The notes: generated from the letters alone by a model not told the origin. Positions 44,526-55,930 are shown, counted from the stretch's first letter. The stretch: DNA of 64,000 nt from Oopsacas minuta (GCA_024704765.1 JAKMXF010000011.1:851557-915556), one strand, 5' to 3'. Translations and numbers: made by a program.

Positions 44526-46545
44526 CCAACTACAACTTTAACGAACGACATTACTATAGGTATTCTCTAAGGTCTAATCCTTCATTTTCATTTTCAAATT
44601 TTCTCGGCTGGTGTGTTAATTTTTGAACACAAATTTCAAGTAATGTAGTATATTCTGTGTGTTTGAGTGTTCCAAGTTAACTTTCTTGGGTTTCATCTTG
44701 TTATCAAGCTGGCAAACATTACACAAATTAACTTTGAAAGTTAGGGAATTTTATTATATAAGAAGCATACTTTATCTTGGTGTCTTTTTGTATATTCGAG
44801 TTTAAGTTTTGTCCTAGTTGTAAGGTTGTCTTTGTCACAGTTTCGTCCAGTAAAATGGCTATCACTTACAATTGTCTTCGTGTTTGTAATTCACTATCTC
44901 CAGCCAATGTCAAGTACTTTTTATCATTTTTTCTGTTACTTTGCTACTCTAACTTTTTGTGTTGTTACTTAGTTTTTTACCTTAGACATAGATAAGCTTT
45001 TTAACTCATAACTTATATATGTGTCTTAGAGTTAATTATTATTATTATTTATGTTTACAATAATTACATGTCTATCTCTATGTTCAACTCTTTCTTTCTC
45101 TCTCTCTGCTAATTATACATTGTAATTCTGGTGTTTGTTATATTAATTAAAGTACTCTGATATTAATTAAATAGATTCCTATTATTCATGTCTCATTAAT
45201 TAACTTAAGGGCTATGATTACGCATAGAAACTGGGGTTACGTTTCAATAATTGGATGCAAGAATGTAATTTGCAAAGTGATCATGACAAGAAGTGATTGC
45301 TCTGTGTTGATGAACTGATGTACGTACTGTCTATCAGCATTTAGCAGTAATTACACAATTTATCATAGACTAATCTCATAGCAATCAGCAGCATTAAATG
45401 TTCACGTTGAAGAATATTGGTTATCCTGGTGTGACTATTGTACAAAATTCCGGCTACATAGATACTTAGCCAGATTAAATGGAGGAGTATGCAATATTGC
45501 AAATTATTCTAGCGCTACACTAGTTGTCCTTTTGATTTTAAGCAAGAAATATTTCGCTAATAACCTTCATATTTAGCATTCGGTTGGAATTATTATGAAG
45601 CAAATGGTAAAAACCTAAATGTTAGTGGCAATAATGTATCGAACCACAATTAATCTTACTAATTGCATTATAACCAATATATCGTTAATATGAGCAAAAA
45701 GATGACTGCAATGTGATTGCTATCCCCAAAGATTAAAGTTGGTTAGCAGCTAAATGTACCTGCATTTCTAGAATGTACAATGCTTGAGCTGATTCAAATA
45801 TCAAAACTATGGATCAATACAATAATTATAATTCCGTATCACATATACACTTGTCGCTAGTTGTAAGGACACAAGTTACAGTGGATAATAATTTGGACAT
45901 TATTGGATATTCGGAATCATCTTTCATTCAATATTGAAATACTATACATTTGTATGTTAGTTTGCTATCATAGTTTTTACACAATTTAGTTAATTACAAG
46001 TATTTTACATTTATGATTGAAAATCATACAAATAGTTCTTTCAACTAAAATGTGTCTTATAAGATATTTTACCTGGAAACATGAAGCCAGTTTAATCTCA
46101 TTAATAGGCTGTACTAAAACCTTCAAGTACTAAGATACCTTCATTTCATTGCTTTATTTTATCCCCCTTTGATCAGTAGTTGACCTGTTGCAAACCACCA
46201 AAGTGTCTTTTCATATTTTTATTTAGGCTAACAGTGAGAATACGATGTCTCTAATTTTATAAATTTTGTAAAGGACACTATTGTTATTTTAAATCGAATA
46301 CTGCAATCATTGATTCATCTAAAATTGTAACAGTGATAGGTGATAACATGTAAATATTTAGGAATTTGGAGACTGTAAAAACCCTCCATATACCCTGGAC
46401 AATAGACAGACTTCTTTTCAAATTTAGTATATAATAATTATCCTTCAGTGGTTGACTTCATTATTCCAGCAAGTAAAATTATTAATAGAACACATTTATT
46501 CATTTATTCGGTCAGATTTTAGTTAGATTAGGCTTCAACTTCAGG

Positions 46546-48384
46546 ATGATGAATAAAGATATATTTGGGAAAGGTCTTTCGAATTTGATCGATTCGGTGA
46601 ATGTTGATTTACTGAAGGTATCGCATAGTAAGAGTAAGGGTCAGTCATCAAGGTTGACAAGCGAATGCGATAATATAATCACACATTTCGCGGCCATTGA
46701 TAAACGATTGGAAATATTCACCAAATCTTCCAAAGCATTGCAGATTTATCTCCAAAAGCGAGTTTCTCTCGAGCGAGAGAATATCCGTAGTCTCTTGAAA
46801 ATGGCGAAATCATCTTTGGAAGATTCGCAATTCAGAAAAATTGATTTTCTCGGTGGCTGTTTCGACCAATTATGGTCTAGTGTTAGGCAGAACTTAGAGC
46901 AAGAAACTGCCCGTAGAATCGAGATTATCGATAACTTGGAGAAGCGTGTCGTCCTTGTGCTCCAGAAAGTTTTACAAGGAGAACTAGATACGTCGAGACG
47001 ACAGCTTAGCTCTGATGGCAAGAAACTTGTCAAAGACTACACTCTCTACTACCAGAGCTATTGCAAATCTTCTGAACGCTACAGAAACACGGCTGCAGAA
47101 TGGGAGGGCCTCTTGCTAAGTATTTACACTGAGTATAGTGGTGTTTGGGCACCAACATCTGGGGTGAAAATCTGGGAAAAAGAGGTAAACACCTCGAAGA
47201 GAATGGAAGAACATAGAAAAGATTATTCTGATCACTTAGAAGCCATCAATTCAGCCACAAATAGTCTTTTACTAGATCAACTCCGAATTATTATTCAAGG
47301 AATGTCTTCAGTTGCAGAAGCGATGGCCCAGACTCTGATGTCTGTTTTCAAACATTATTCTGAATTCGATTTAGCTCTGTCATCCACAAGTTTACCATCA
47401 ACTTATTCTAATCGCAAGAGCACGGCTACCAAAGAACCAGTTGCTGGTGGTCCTTTACAACCATTGGTTCAGAATCCATTCGACCATAAAGATTTCGCAT
47501 TTTCGCATATGTTAGGTGGCATTGATGTAAAGGATATTCCACCCCCAATAGTTTACCGATTTGAAGAATATATTTTATGTGATGAAGCTACCCACGTGCT
47601 ATCAAATAAAGTACGTTATCAATGTCTCGACCAGATGTCTACCCACGAGCAGGCATCTGCTATACAATCTATGATGTCACAGAAATCTCCGCTTTCTATT
47701 GGTGCCACACCCAACAAAAAGGCATTTAATACACAATTCGTTATATCTTGTTTAGAGTATTTACGTGGTTGCAATGCTATAAAAGAGGAAGGATTGTTTC
47801 GCGTATCCGGCAATGCCTCTCGAATTAAATACTTATACGATATGAGTTTGGGTGATCGACAAGACGAATTGGCCCAGGAAGTAAAGAATGAAGTGGATAT
47901 GCATACTGTTGCTGGGGCTATGAAGAGACACCTTCGAGAATGTTCTATTCTGTCTAGCACAGAGTCAATTGAACTATCAAAATGCCTAGATTATCCAATG
48001 TCAGACGAGAAAAAGCATAATTTGAAGATGGCCATGCGTAAGCTGCCTTCTGAAAAACGTGACCTTTTGACCACCATAATGGAGTTCTGTAACGAATTAG
48101 TTGATAATGAGCCTATCAACAAGATGAATGCTCACGCTATAGGAATATCATTAGGATTGTCATTATTCCCTGAAATGGACACAAACCACTCCACAAACCT
48201 CCTAAAATGTTTGTTAATATACCAAACTGAAACACAACCTCAAATGAAAAGTCAATTCTCGGTAGATGATCCTCTGGATGACTCAGAAAGTCAATACTCA
48301 GTAGATAATGATCTGGTGGACTTAGAACCTGAAAACTCGTTACCTTCCTCTGCTGCAAGTGACGATCCATTCAAAGATTTTTAA
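46546..48384 (+). CDS. F-BAR (FCH) plus RhoGAP domain protein
   Basis: Helical N-terminus with YLQKRVSLERE...LLKMAK (FCH-like). RhoGAP motifs EEGLFRVSG, HTVAGAMKRHLRE and NKMN. Confidence 0.8.
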   Translation: MMNKDIFGKGLSNLIDSVNVDLLKVSHSKSKGQSSRLTSECDNIITHFAAIDKRLEIFTKSSKALQIYLQKRVSLERENIRSLLKMAKSSLEDSQFRKIDFLGGCFDQLWSSVRQNLEQETARRIEIIDNLEKRVVLVLQKVLQGELDTSRRQLSSDGKKLVKDYTLYYQSYCKSSERYRNTAAEWEGLLLSIYTEYSGVWAPTSGVKIWEKEVNTSKRMEEHRKDYSDHLEAINSATNSLLLDQLRIIIQGMSSVAEAMAQTLMSVFKHYSEFDLALSSTSLPSTYSNRKSTATKEPVAGGPLQPLVQNPFDHKDFAFSHMLGGIDVKDIPPPIVYRFEEYILCDEATHVLSNKVRYQCLDQMSTHEQASAIQSMMSQKSPLSIGATPNKKAFNTQFVISCLEYLRGCNAIKEEGLFRVSGNASRIKYLYDMSLGDRQDELAQEVKNEVDMHTVAGAMKRHLRECSILSSTESIELSKCLDYPMSDEKKHNLKMAMRKLPSEKRDLLTTIMEFCNELVDNEPINKMNAHAIGISLGLSLFPEMDTNHSTNLLKCLLIYQTETQPQMKSQFSVDDPLDDSESQYSVDNDLVDLEPENSLPSSAASDDPFKDF

Positions 48385-48629
48385 CCTAATATTAGTGTGT
48401 GTGGCTATACTTATCTAGATGATCTGTGTATGAATGGCTTACCAATAGTAGATATCTATTTTTGTAAATATAGTATGTGTTATCTGCTGGAATTTCTATT
48501 AACTTAAGTGATTATAATATTCTAAAAATAACTTCCCCATTATTCACCTCTAACTGAACCACCCCTAATACTGTTCCAATCTATATTAGTATATTACTAT
48601 ATGTAAACCTATAAATTTGTAGTAAAGCC

Positions 48630-50195
48630 ATGAGCAGCAGTAGCAGTAGTAGTCATTCTACCATTAAGGAATGGAAACGATTTTTGATAGATGCTGGCCT
48701 CCCCAAAGAGCTTGCATTACATTATGCGGAAATATTCTCACATCACCGTATGCGTATGTCTATGCTACCTGATCTGAATAAAGATATTCTATTTTTTATG
48801 GGGATTGAAGTTATGGGTGACGTCATTGCTATTCTCAAGCATGCGAAGCAAGTATCAGTTAGTTTAGGTTATTCGAAAGACTATGAATCTTCAAAACCAC
48901 GGAGTTCTAGTAGTAATCGGCCGCATAAACGTGAGCGTACACCCCAATACCATGAATCATCTCGACAATATAACTCTAGCAGTAATGAACGTAAACACGA
49001 TTATAAAAAACAAGACTTCAATCCATCACCTCCATCTAGGAGATCGAATAAATCTGGTCAGGAGTTCAGCTCTTTCCAACACTTCTCTCGAAATGATAAG
49101 CGGAGTCCTGAGATAAATGTAACCTTCACAAATACAGGTTCTATTCTAATGTAATTTCGAAATATGTACTATGGATACAAAAGACTTTTATATAGAAAAT
49201 AGGCGTTTGTTTATTTTTAGCACTGAAGCATGTAGTTGATGTGTTTCTATTTATTTATGCTCAATTTCCAGGAATAGAGAAATACTACAGAGGGAGTGAA
49301 GCTACTGATAGTAGAAGTTTAGGTCGCTATGACTCTCAAACACAGAATCAAGCATACACATCTACACTATATCGTAACAGAGATATAAGGTGTAGATCTA
49401 GATCCCCTGTATACTCAACACGATTACATATGGATGAATCACCTGCTAAACATAATGTTAGAAGTAGGATATCATCCCGGCCTGATCACCGTAGTAAACA
49501 GAAACTAAGTCCTATTACCTTTAGTACTCCAATGAGATCTAGTCATGCTAGTAATACAAACTACTCTGTATATAGAAGTAGTACTCGTGATGATTCATAT
49601 TCAAATGGTAAGTTTGTTTGAGATTCTTTATACAGTCAACTACCGTTATATCGAACACGGAGATATCTAAATACCTGCTTATATCCAAGTCTTAAATTGT
49701 ACAAATATGGTCCCAACCGTCAAGTTAACCCCAATATCATCTGTTATATCGAAGTTATTATCGTGGTCCCTTGAACTTCGATATGACAGGAGTTAACTGT
49801 GTGTTATTTTGTACTTCCTTTATTCATATATCCTTGGTTATTTAGACAATAACGACCATTCATACCGAGAAACTGGTCGTATGTATGCAGATATTGAAGA
49901 AAGGCAACAACAACAACAACAACAGAAATTACACTCATCTAACGTATCCTATGTAAACGAACAAATGCCTTCATTAACAATACACGTTGATAATCGTAGC
50001 AGAAATAAACGCGAAATTCACAAACCAGGAAGCCCGAGATGGCCACGTACTGACACTTGGCAACATGATGACAGAAAATCACGATATGAACGAAACCAAT
50101 CACCCGTTCAATCAATTTATAATCGTCACTCTAGCCCCCCCAAATCCTATGGAACAAGAGGTAGACATGATTCTGTGTTTAATCGGTTAACTTGA
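48630..50195 (+). CDS. C19orf47: C19orf47-like protein (SAM-like N-terminus), 3 exons: 48630-49137, 49272-49607, 49846-50195 (397 aa)
   Basis: EWKRFLIDAGLP...YAEIF...RM...MLPDLNKDIL..MGI.VMGDVIAILKHAK and terminal SVFNRL; the two GT-AG introns are both phase 1. Confidence 0.82.
49633..49799. mobile_element. MITE family A, copy 4, in C19orf47-like intron 2
   Basis: TA|CAGTCAACTACCGTTATATCGAA ... TTCGATATGACAGGAGTTAACTG; 19 of 23 TIR positions match. Confidence 0.85.
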
Positions 50196-50379
50196 ATTTG
50201 AGTGTTTTTGCCATCTTATATTATCGTATAGTGAATATGTAGACATTCACTTAATTGTTAGAATAATCATTACGCACTTTTCAATAATTTTGTAGTGTCA
50301 GGTTAGAAATAACTAAATTTAATATCGTTTTGTGAATGAGACTTCATTCATAACCAAAAGCCATATATTGCTCAAAATA

Positions 50380-50445
50380 CAGTGGATGTCGGTTGTAAGG
50401 GCAATATTGCGTACTCCCAGGGGTTCTTATAACCGGCACCCACTG
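50380..50445. mobile_element. MITE family C, 66-bp minimal element
   Basis: TA|CAGTGGATGTCGGTTGTAAG ... CTTATAACCGGCACCCACTG|TA; 17 of 20 TIR positions match. Confidence 0.8.
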
Positions 50446-50493
50446 TAATATTTCATGCAAATTCTTTGTTGTTTTCTATCACAGCAAACTAAC

Positions 50494-51972
50494 ATGCTCC
50501 TCACCAAAACTTTCCAAAGATTCTCGTCTCTTGCCAATTCACCTTACCCACGGCTCCACCCACATTTTGTACCAACACTTCAAACCACAGAATCTACAAC
50601 TACTAAAGTACCATTGCCACTGACTAGCCCAAAGAATGTTATAGTTTTAGGTGCAGGATTAGTTTCGCGACCATTGATAAAATATTTCGCAAGAGACCCT
50701 ATGCTTAACATTAAAATCTTAACCAAAGACCTGGGAAATGACACACATTTCTACGACAATAATGTTCAGCTGTATGACGTAGATTGTATGGATAAAGATG
50801 TTATGACAGACTTTTTGGATCAATGCGATTTAGTGATCAGTTTACTTCCACGGAAAATGCACTTTAATGTTGCTAATATGTGTTTAGAATCAAGACGCTG
50901 TCTTGTAACCCCAAGCTATGCCTCTCCGGAATTGTTATCTCTTGACAAAGAGGCACGCGACAGGGGTATTCTCATACTAAACGAGCTTGGTTTAGCACCA
51001 GGGATTGACCACATGCTTTCGAAACGTATTTTCGATGAGGTAGAGAATAATGGTGGAAAGGTAACTGCGTATAATTCATGGACAGGTGGCCTGCCTACAC
51101 CGAAATCAGTTGACAACTCGATGGGCTATAAATTCACTTGGGATCCTGAAGGTGTCCTGATGAACATTTGGAATCCGATTAAATTCATTGAAAATTCGCA
51201 TCTTTTCAACTCAGATGGTGGTGAGATTATTAAGTTTTTGAGACCCATAAATATTCTTGATGGACTAGAACTTGAAGGTTATCCGAATAGAGATTCAGCC
51301 AAGTATATTGAGCTATACAAAATACCACACGCGAAAACTGTGCTACGCGGAACTTTACGCTTTAGTGGTTATTACAGAGCGTTGGAGGCATTCCGCAAAA
51401 TTGGTCTCTTGACAAGAGAACCATTAGATTGGGAGGTAACAGATGGTATGACATTTCGCGAATTTATTGATATAACCATCAGACAAAATTATCCATCTCT
51501 CCCTAGCCATTATTCTACAGAACAATTGCTATTGAAAGTATTAGATAATGATGAGAAGAGTTTTGCTGATCTCAAATCTCTTGGCTTATTGAGTGATACT
51601 CTGATAGAACCAGGCAGGAATCCAGTACAAATATTAGCTAGCTTCATGACCAAGTGGTATCATTTAAAACCAGGGGATAGAGATTGGGCTGTTACCATCC
51701 AGAGAGTTGAGATTGAATGGGGTGAAGGTTCGAAGAGTCGCATGGTTGCAATGTACAGTCTCTTAGGTGGTGACGTCAGTATGGGTGAAGACACGGCTAT
51801 GGCTGTTAGCGTTGGTTTGCCAATCGCGATTGCTGCTAAATTGATTTTGAGAAGAGAAATAAATGAGACTGGTGTACACTACCCCCTAAAGGCGAATATG
51901 TATAAACCCATACTAAAGGAACTGGAAGAAGAAGGATTAGAATTTTCTAATATTTCATATCCACTTTTTTGA
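50494..51972 (+). CDS. Stand-alone saccharopine dehydrogenase (AASS SDH-domain/Lys9-like) with a probable mitochondrial presequence
   Basis: VIVLGAGLVS, DLVISLLP, ELGLAPGIDHM, GGLP, YKFTWDPEGVL, LEGYPNRDS..Y, RGTLRF, MAVSVGLPIAIAA and YKPILKELEEEG. There is no LKR domain and no room for one upstream. The likely ATG is 50494 (in-frame ATG at 50455). Confidence 0.88.
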   Translation: MLLTKTFQRFSSLANSPYPRLHPHFVPTLQTTESTTTKVPLPLTSPKNVIVLGAGLVSRPLIKYFARDPMLNIKILTKDLGNDTHFYDNNVQLYDVDCMDKDVMTDFLDQCDLVISLLPRKMHFNVANMCLESRRCLVTPSYASPELLSLDKEARDRGILILNELGLAPGIDHMLSKRIFDEVENNGGKVTAYNSWTGGLPTPKSVDNSMGYKFTWDPEGVLMNIWNPIKFIENSHLFNSDGGEIIKFLRPINILDGLELEGYPNRDSAKYIELYKIPHAKTVLRGTLRFSGYYRALEAFRKIGLLTREPLDWEVTDGMTFREFIDITIRQNYPSLPSHYSTEQLLLKVLDNDEKSFADLKSLGLLSDTLIEPGRNPVQILASFMTKWYHLKPGDRDWAVTIQRVEIEWGEGSKSRMVAMYSLLGGDVSMGEDTAMAVSVGLPIAIAAKLILRREINETGVHYPLKANMYKPILKELEEEGLEFSNISYPLF

Positions 51973-52118
51973 TAGATTTTAGTTATATTTTCTAAATAAC
52001 TTTAGTAACAACCTTCTTACAATTATTATGAAAAGATTCGAGGAATATTTCTATGTTTTAAATTGTATGACTTTTGCAGACTAATTCTTATGTATTTTTT
52101 GTAATTTTGCTCTGAAGG

Positions 52119-53501
52119 ATGACAAGTATTCAAAAGGAAATTTCATCTAGTCTCCTTGCTTCAGAACAATCGCATAATATAGATATACAAGATTTCGAAA
52201 GTAATGAAACCTTGTCTCATTTGCGATCTTCAGAGCCTTTTACAGATGTAGTGACAAATTCCGCGAGTAAATGGAGCAGAGGTGTAGAGCTTATGCATCA
52301 GATTGAGGGTGATGAGAGATATTTAAGTGAGAAAATATCGCGAAAAGATATTGAATATTCCAACTCAGATTCTGAGACTAGTTTTAGTGAGGGGGAATAT
52401 GAGAATTTTCAACAATTATTATCTAATAGGTTGGATGATGAAATTGAAAATGTTGATAAGAGCGAAACGATAAATTCTGACTCAGAATCTGATTTCGAAG
52501 TGACAAAAACCGCAGATAATACACTTGAAGGCATCATTGAAATCAATCAAAAATCATCTGAAAAAGATATGAATAAGGGAAGGGCAATTTTAAAACAATT
52601 TAAATTTTGGGACGGTTTGCTAGAATCTAGAATCCATATTCAAAAAGCTCTGCTTCTTTCAAACTCTCTACCACACCATGACGAATTTGGTAAGTTTATT
52701 GAGCAAGCTGGAAAATTGGCTGAGGATCCGTTAAACGACGCCAAATCTAGTCTCAATCATTTGTTAGAAGAATTGATAAGTTTGCAAACAACATTTGCAA
52801 ATGCTAACAAACTTTTCCCCATTAGCCAGAAACCAGGTAAGCTATTAAGAGGTGCTTATATGCATTTTGCAACAAATATATGTAAATCTATCTAGTACAT
52901 TTCAACAGGTATGACTAATAGTAAGGATTTCAACAACAGATTATCACAGTATCAGCATGGCGTCATATCTGAATGGGAGGGGAAAACAAAGTTGCTAACT
53001 AGTGCATTCACTAAGAAAGGTTATGTCAATGTAGATAGGTCAGTGTTACAGCAAATAGAATTTTCATATTCCAAATGGGAAGATCTTCTACGTAAAACAC
53101 AGTTGAAAAGATTGCAATATGAAGTTCTTGGAAAGAGGAAATCAACACATAAAGTTGAGGAAAAAGATGTGAAAAAGCGCGAATTACAGCTTAGCAATTA
53201 TGATGAAAACACATTTGATGATACAGATTTTTACCATCAACTTCTACAAGATTTGATTCATAATAAAACAACTTCTACTTTAGGTGAAACTGGACAGAAA
53301 TGGCTTGAAATGAATCGCAATCGCTCGAAAAACAAACGTAGTCTAAACACCAAAGCTAGTAAGGGTCGTAAAATACGTTATGACGTATATCCAAAATTGG
53401 TTAGCTTCATGGCCCCCAGAGACGATAGTGATGTTAATGACTCTACTAGGAATGAACTGTTTCGTTCTGTATTTGGATTATCTATTTTATCAGAACCTTA
53501 G
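52119..53501 (+). CDS. AATF: AATF/Che-1/Bfr2, 2 exons: 52119-52836, 52909-53501 (436 aa)
   Basis: FWDGLLESRIHIQKAL...NSLP, and a TRAUB domain FDDTDFYHQLLQDLI...TKASKGRKIRY...KLVSFMAP...RNELFRSVFG. The phase-1 intron runs GTAAGC...CAACAG. Confidence 0.93.
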
Positions 53502-53790
53502 CGTATTTTGTAGACAATTATGATATTAAATTCAATTCAATATTTGCAAGTTAATTATGAGGAGTATACGTAGTACATTTTGTATTGGAAATTATCGCGT
53601 AGGTATTAGCAAGCGAAATTCTTGCAAAATGTAAGATAACAATTACAAGTCTTAAAAACAAGAAATAAGTTTAATACTGAAATAACTAGTAGATAGTAAT
53701 AAGTATTACAAATATAGGAATAAAAGAAATACTACGTAACGCGTAATAAGAGGAATTACGTATTCGAAATTTAAGTGAGATGTTTGATAT

Positions 53791-55930
53791 TTAGAACCCG
53801 TATAACACGGTTAGCAAAACAGCAATGAGGGTAAGAAGAGAGAATGGTAGAGTTAGATATCCTGCTGATCCAGGGCACTCAGATAAATCATCAACAATGT
53901 AAATTTTCCATCCCAAATTATGGTGAGCAGCACATTGATAGTATGCCATGTCTGGAGTATTCTCATCAGTTTGCCATTGAATTACAGATGAGGTAATTCC
54001 ATTACCACAAGAAGATTCGAGTGTAGCCTTGTAGTCGCTCCATGGATCGAATTGATCACCATTGCCAGCTGTTTCTTCCCACATACAGAATTCTCCTGTT
54101 GTAGGGGGTCCGTAAACTGTCTCAGAGGATCTTGGATGTGCGTATAAAGCCCCTTCTTTTGAGCTCGTTATATATAGAGGATGATTTTGAGATTCAATTG
54201 TTTCATTATTCCCACCATTAACAAAGAATACAACTTTTGAACCACGCTTAATGTATACCTCAGGGATAAGCAAGCCATTCAGATACCAAGCTACATCTAG
54301 CCCAATTTTACCTGTGATGGCAGTGTAACCTTGTTCTCCACCTGTATAACCTATGTATGCTTCTATGGGGTCGGAATCATCATCAATACAAATTGGAGGA
54401 ATATCCCAAGGAGTAACAGCAACTGGTGGAGTAATTGGGCATTGAAATATAGGACATGTTGATTCAGCGCTGAAGTCAATTTGAATTGGGGATCCTGTAC
54501 TAGCTCTGTCACCTGTAGCATGCATTTTTACCAACCACTGACCAGAGGCATTAAACGTATTTCCTCTTGACCATAGGGTGTATTGTGGCCAAGGATGAGT
54601 AAAGTTTTTATCCAAAATATCACCAGGAGATAATCTTCTGGTAGTAACACACAATTGGGTCACCTTCTGGTGCCATTTGAACCGCTGAATCGGATGAACT
54701 AATTCCAAATGCAATATACTCGAGGGGATCTAGATCGCAAGTGTGGAACCTAAAAGTGATGAAATCATCTGCTAAATTGTACAAATACTCCACATGAAAG
54801 TAAGTCCCTATCTCTGTACATTGGTAATCATCTGTACGGGGTGGAGTGCTGACATCAGTTTTACAAGTCATAGCAGGACAGCCTGAACATTCAAAATCAC
54901 TATAGTATATTGTACCGAATGTTTTAGCTTTATCCACGCAGTATACGCTGAATATATAACTGTCACAAACATCTGTACCATTGGGAAGTGTTAGTACAAT
55001 ATTATCTTCAATTATCTCTGTTTCTAAGCGTGCAAGAGTTGAAAACTGATCTTGTACTATGTAACCAGCTGTTAGGTCGTCAGTATGTGCACCCCAGTAC
55101 CAAGTAGCTACAGCTGTTCCATCATATACGAGTGAGTTCAATCCGATTACATTTGGCCCGAGTACATGCATATAACCAGATATATCATGTATTTTGGGAT
55201 CAAAGCCAATCTTTACTGGTCCGAAATCTGTGCAGGTAAATCCAGTTGCGGGCGCCGGTGGAATGGTTACTTGACCAAATGAAACATAGAAATCAACACA
55301 CCAAACTGAGAGAGATTGGAAAACAGTGTTAACATGTTCTGGAGGATATGTAACGTTTGCATCTATGTCGATTATATCTAGCACCTTTCCATAACCACCA
55401 TTATATCCAGCTCGTACTCCAGCTGCTGTAGGAATAACACTTGTATCTAGCCACATATAAGCTGCTGGAGCTTTGTCGTCAGTGTCGAGGCCAGCTACGA
55501 AGAAGCGGTATTGTGAACGATCTAGAAACACGTGACCATCGAGTTCGTGGAAGTTCGGCCCATCTGGTCTTGCAAATGGGCCAAGGTATTCGGCATTGCA
55601 TGGTATATACACGTTGTTGGGCACGTAGAAGGAGGCTATTAATGTACCGCCATCGGTTACACGAATAGTAGGAGAGTCCAACACATTAGCGGACATATTA
55701 AACCACATATTAACCGCAGTAACAGGACCAGTTAACGTATACGTGGCGGAACCAGACTGACTAGAGAAATTCAAATTATTAGGCGAAGTGAATTCAAATA
55801 GGAAAAGTGTGTTTGCATCAATCAGGTATACTCTCCCTGAAATGGAACCCGTGTTGATTGTTCCTAAACGGAGGAATCCTGATGTTGTAACCACCAGCTG
55901 TAACACCAGTAGAGTTGTCAATAACCTCAT
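53791..55930 (-). pseudogene. Knickkopf/Skeletor-like DM13-DOMON gene 1, disrupted by an internal deletion and frameshift near 54641-54647
   Basis: Signal peptide, DM13 domains and the first half of DOMON lie in ORF 54620-55930. The DOMON tail, C-terminal domain and GPI-like tail lie in another frame (53791-54714). About 56 codons present in the paralogs are missing. Confidence 0.7.

Noticed and set aside
49827-49845. ATATCCTT and TCCTT near the C19orf47 intron 2 acceptor as a U12-type intron signal
   Set aside because: The intron donor is a U2-type GTAAGT and the sequence does not match the TCCTTAAC branch point.
54620-54714. Programmed ribosomal frameshift joining the two DM13-DOMON ORFs
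   Set aside because: No slippery heptamer or stimulatory structure is evident, and a frameshift would not restore the ~56 missing codons.
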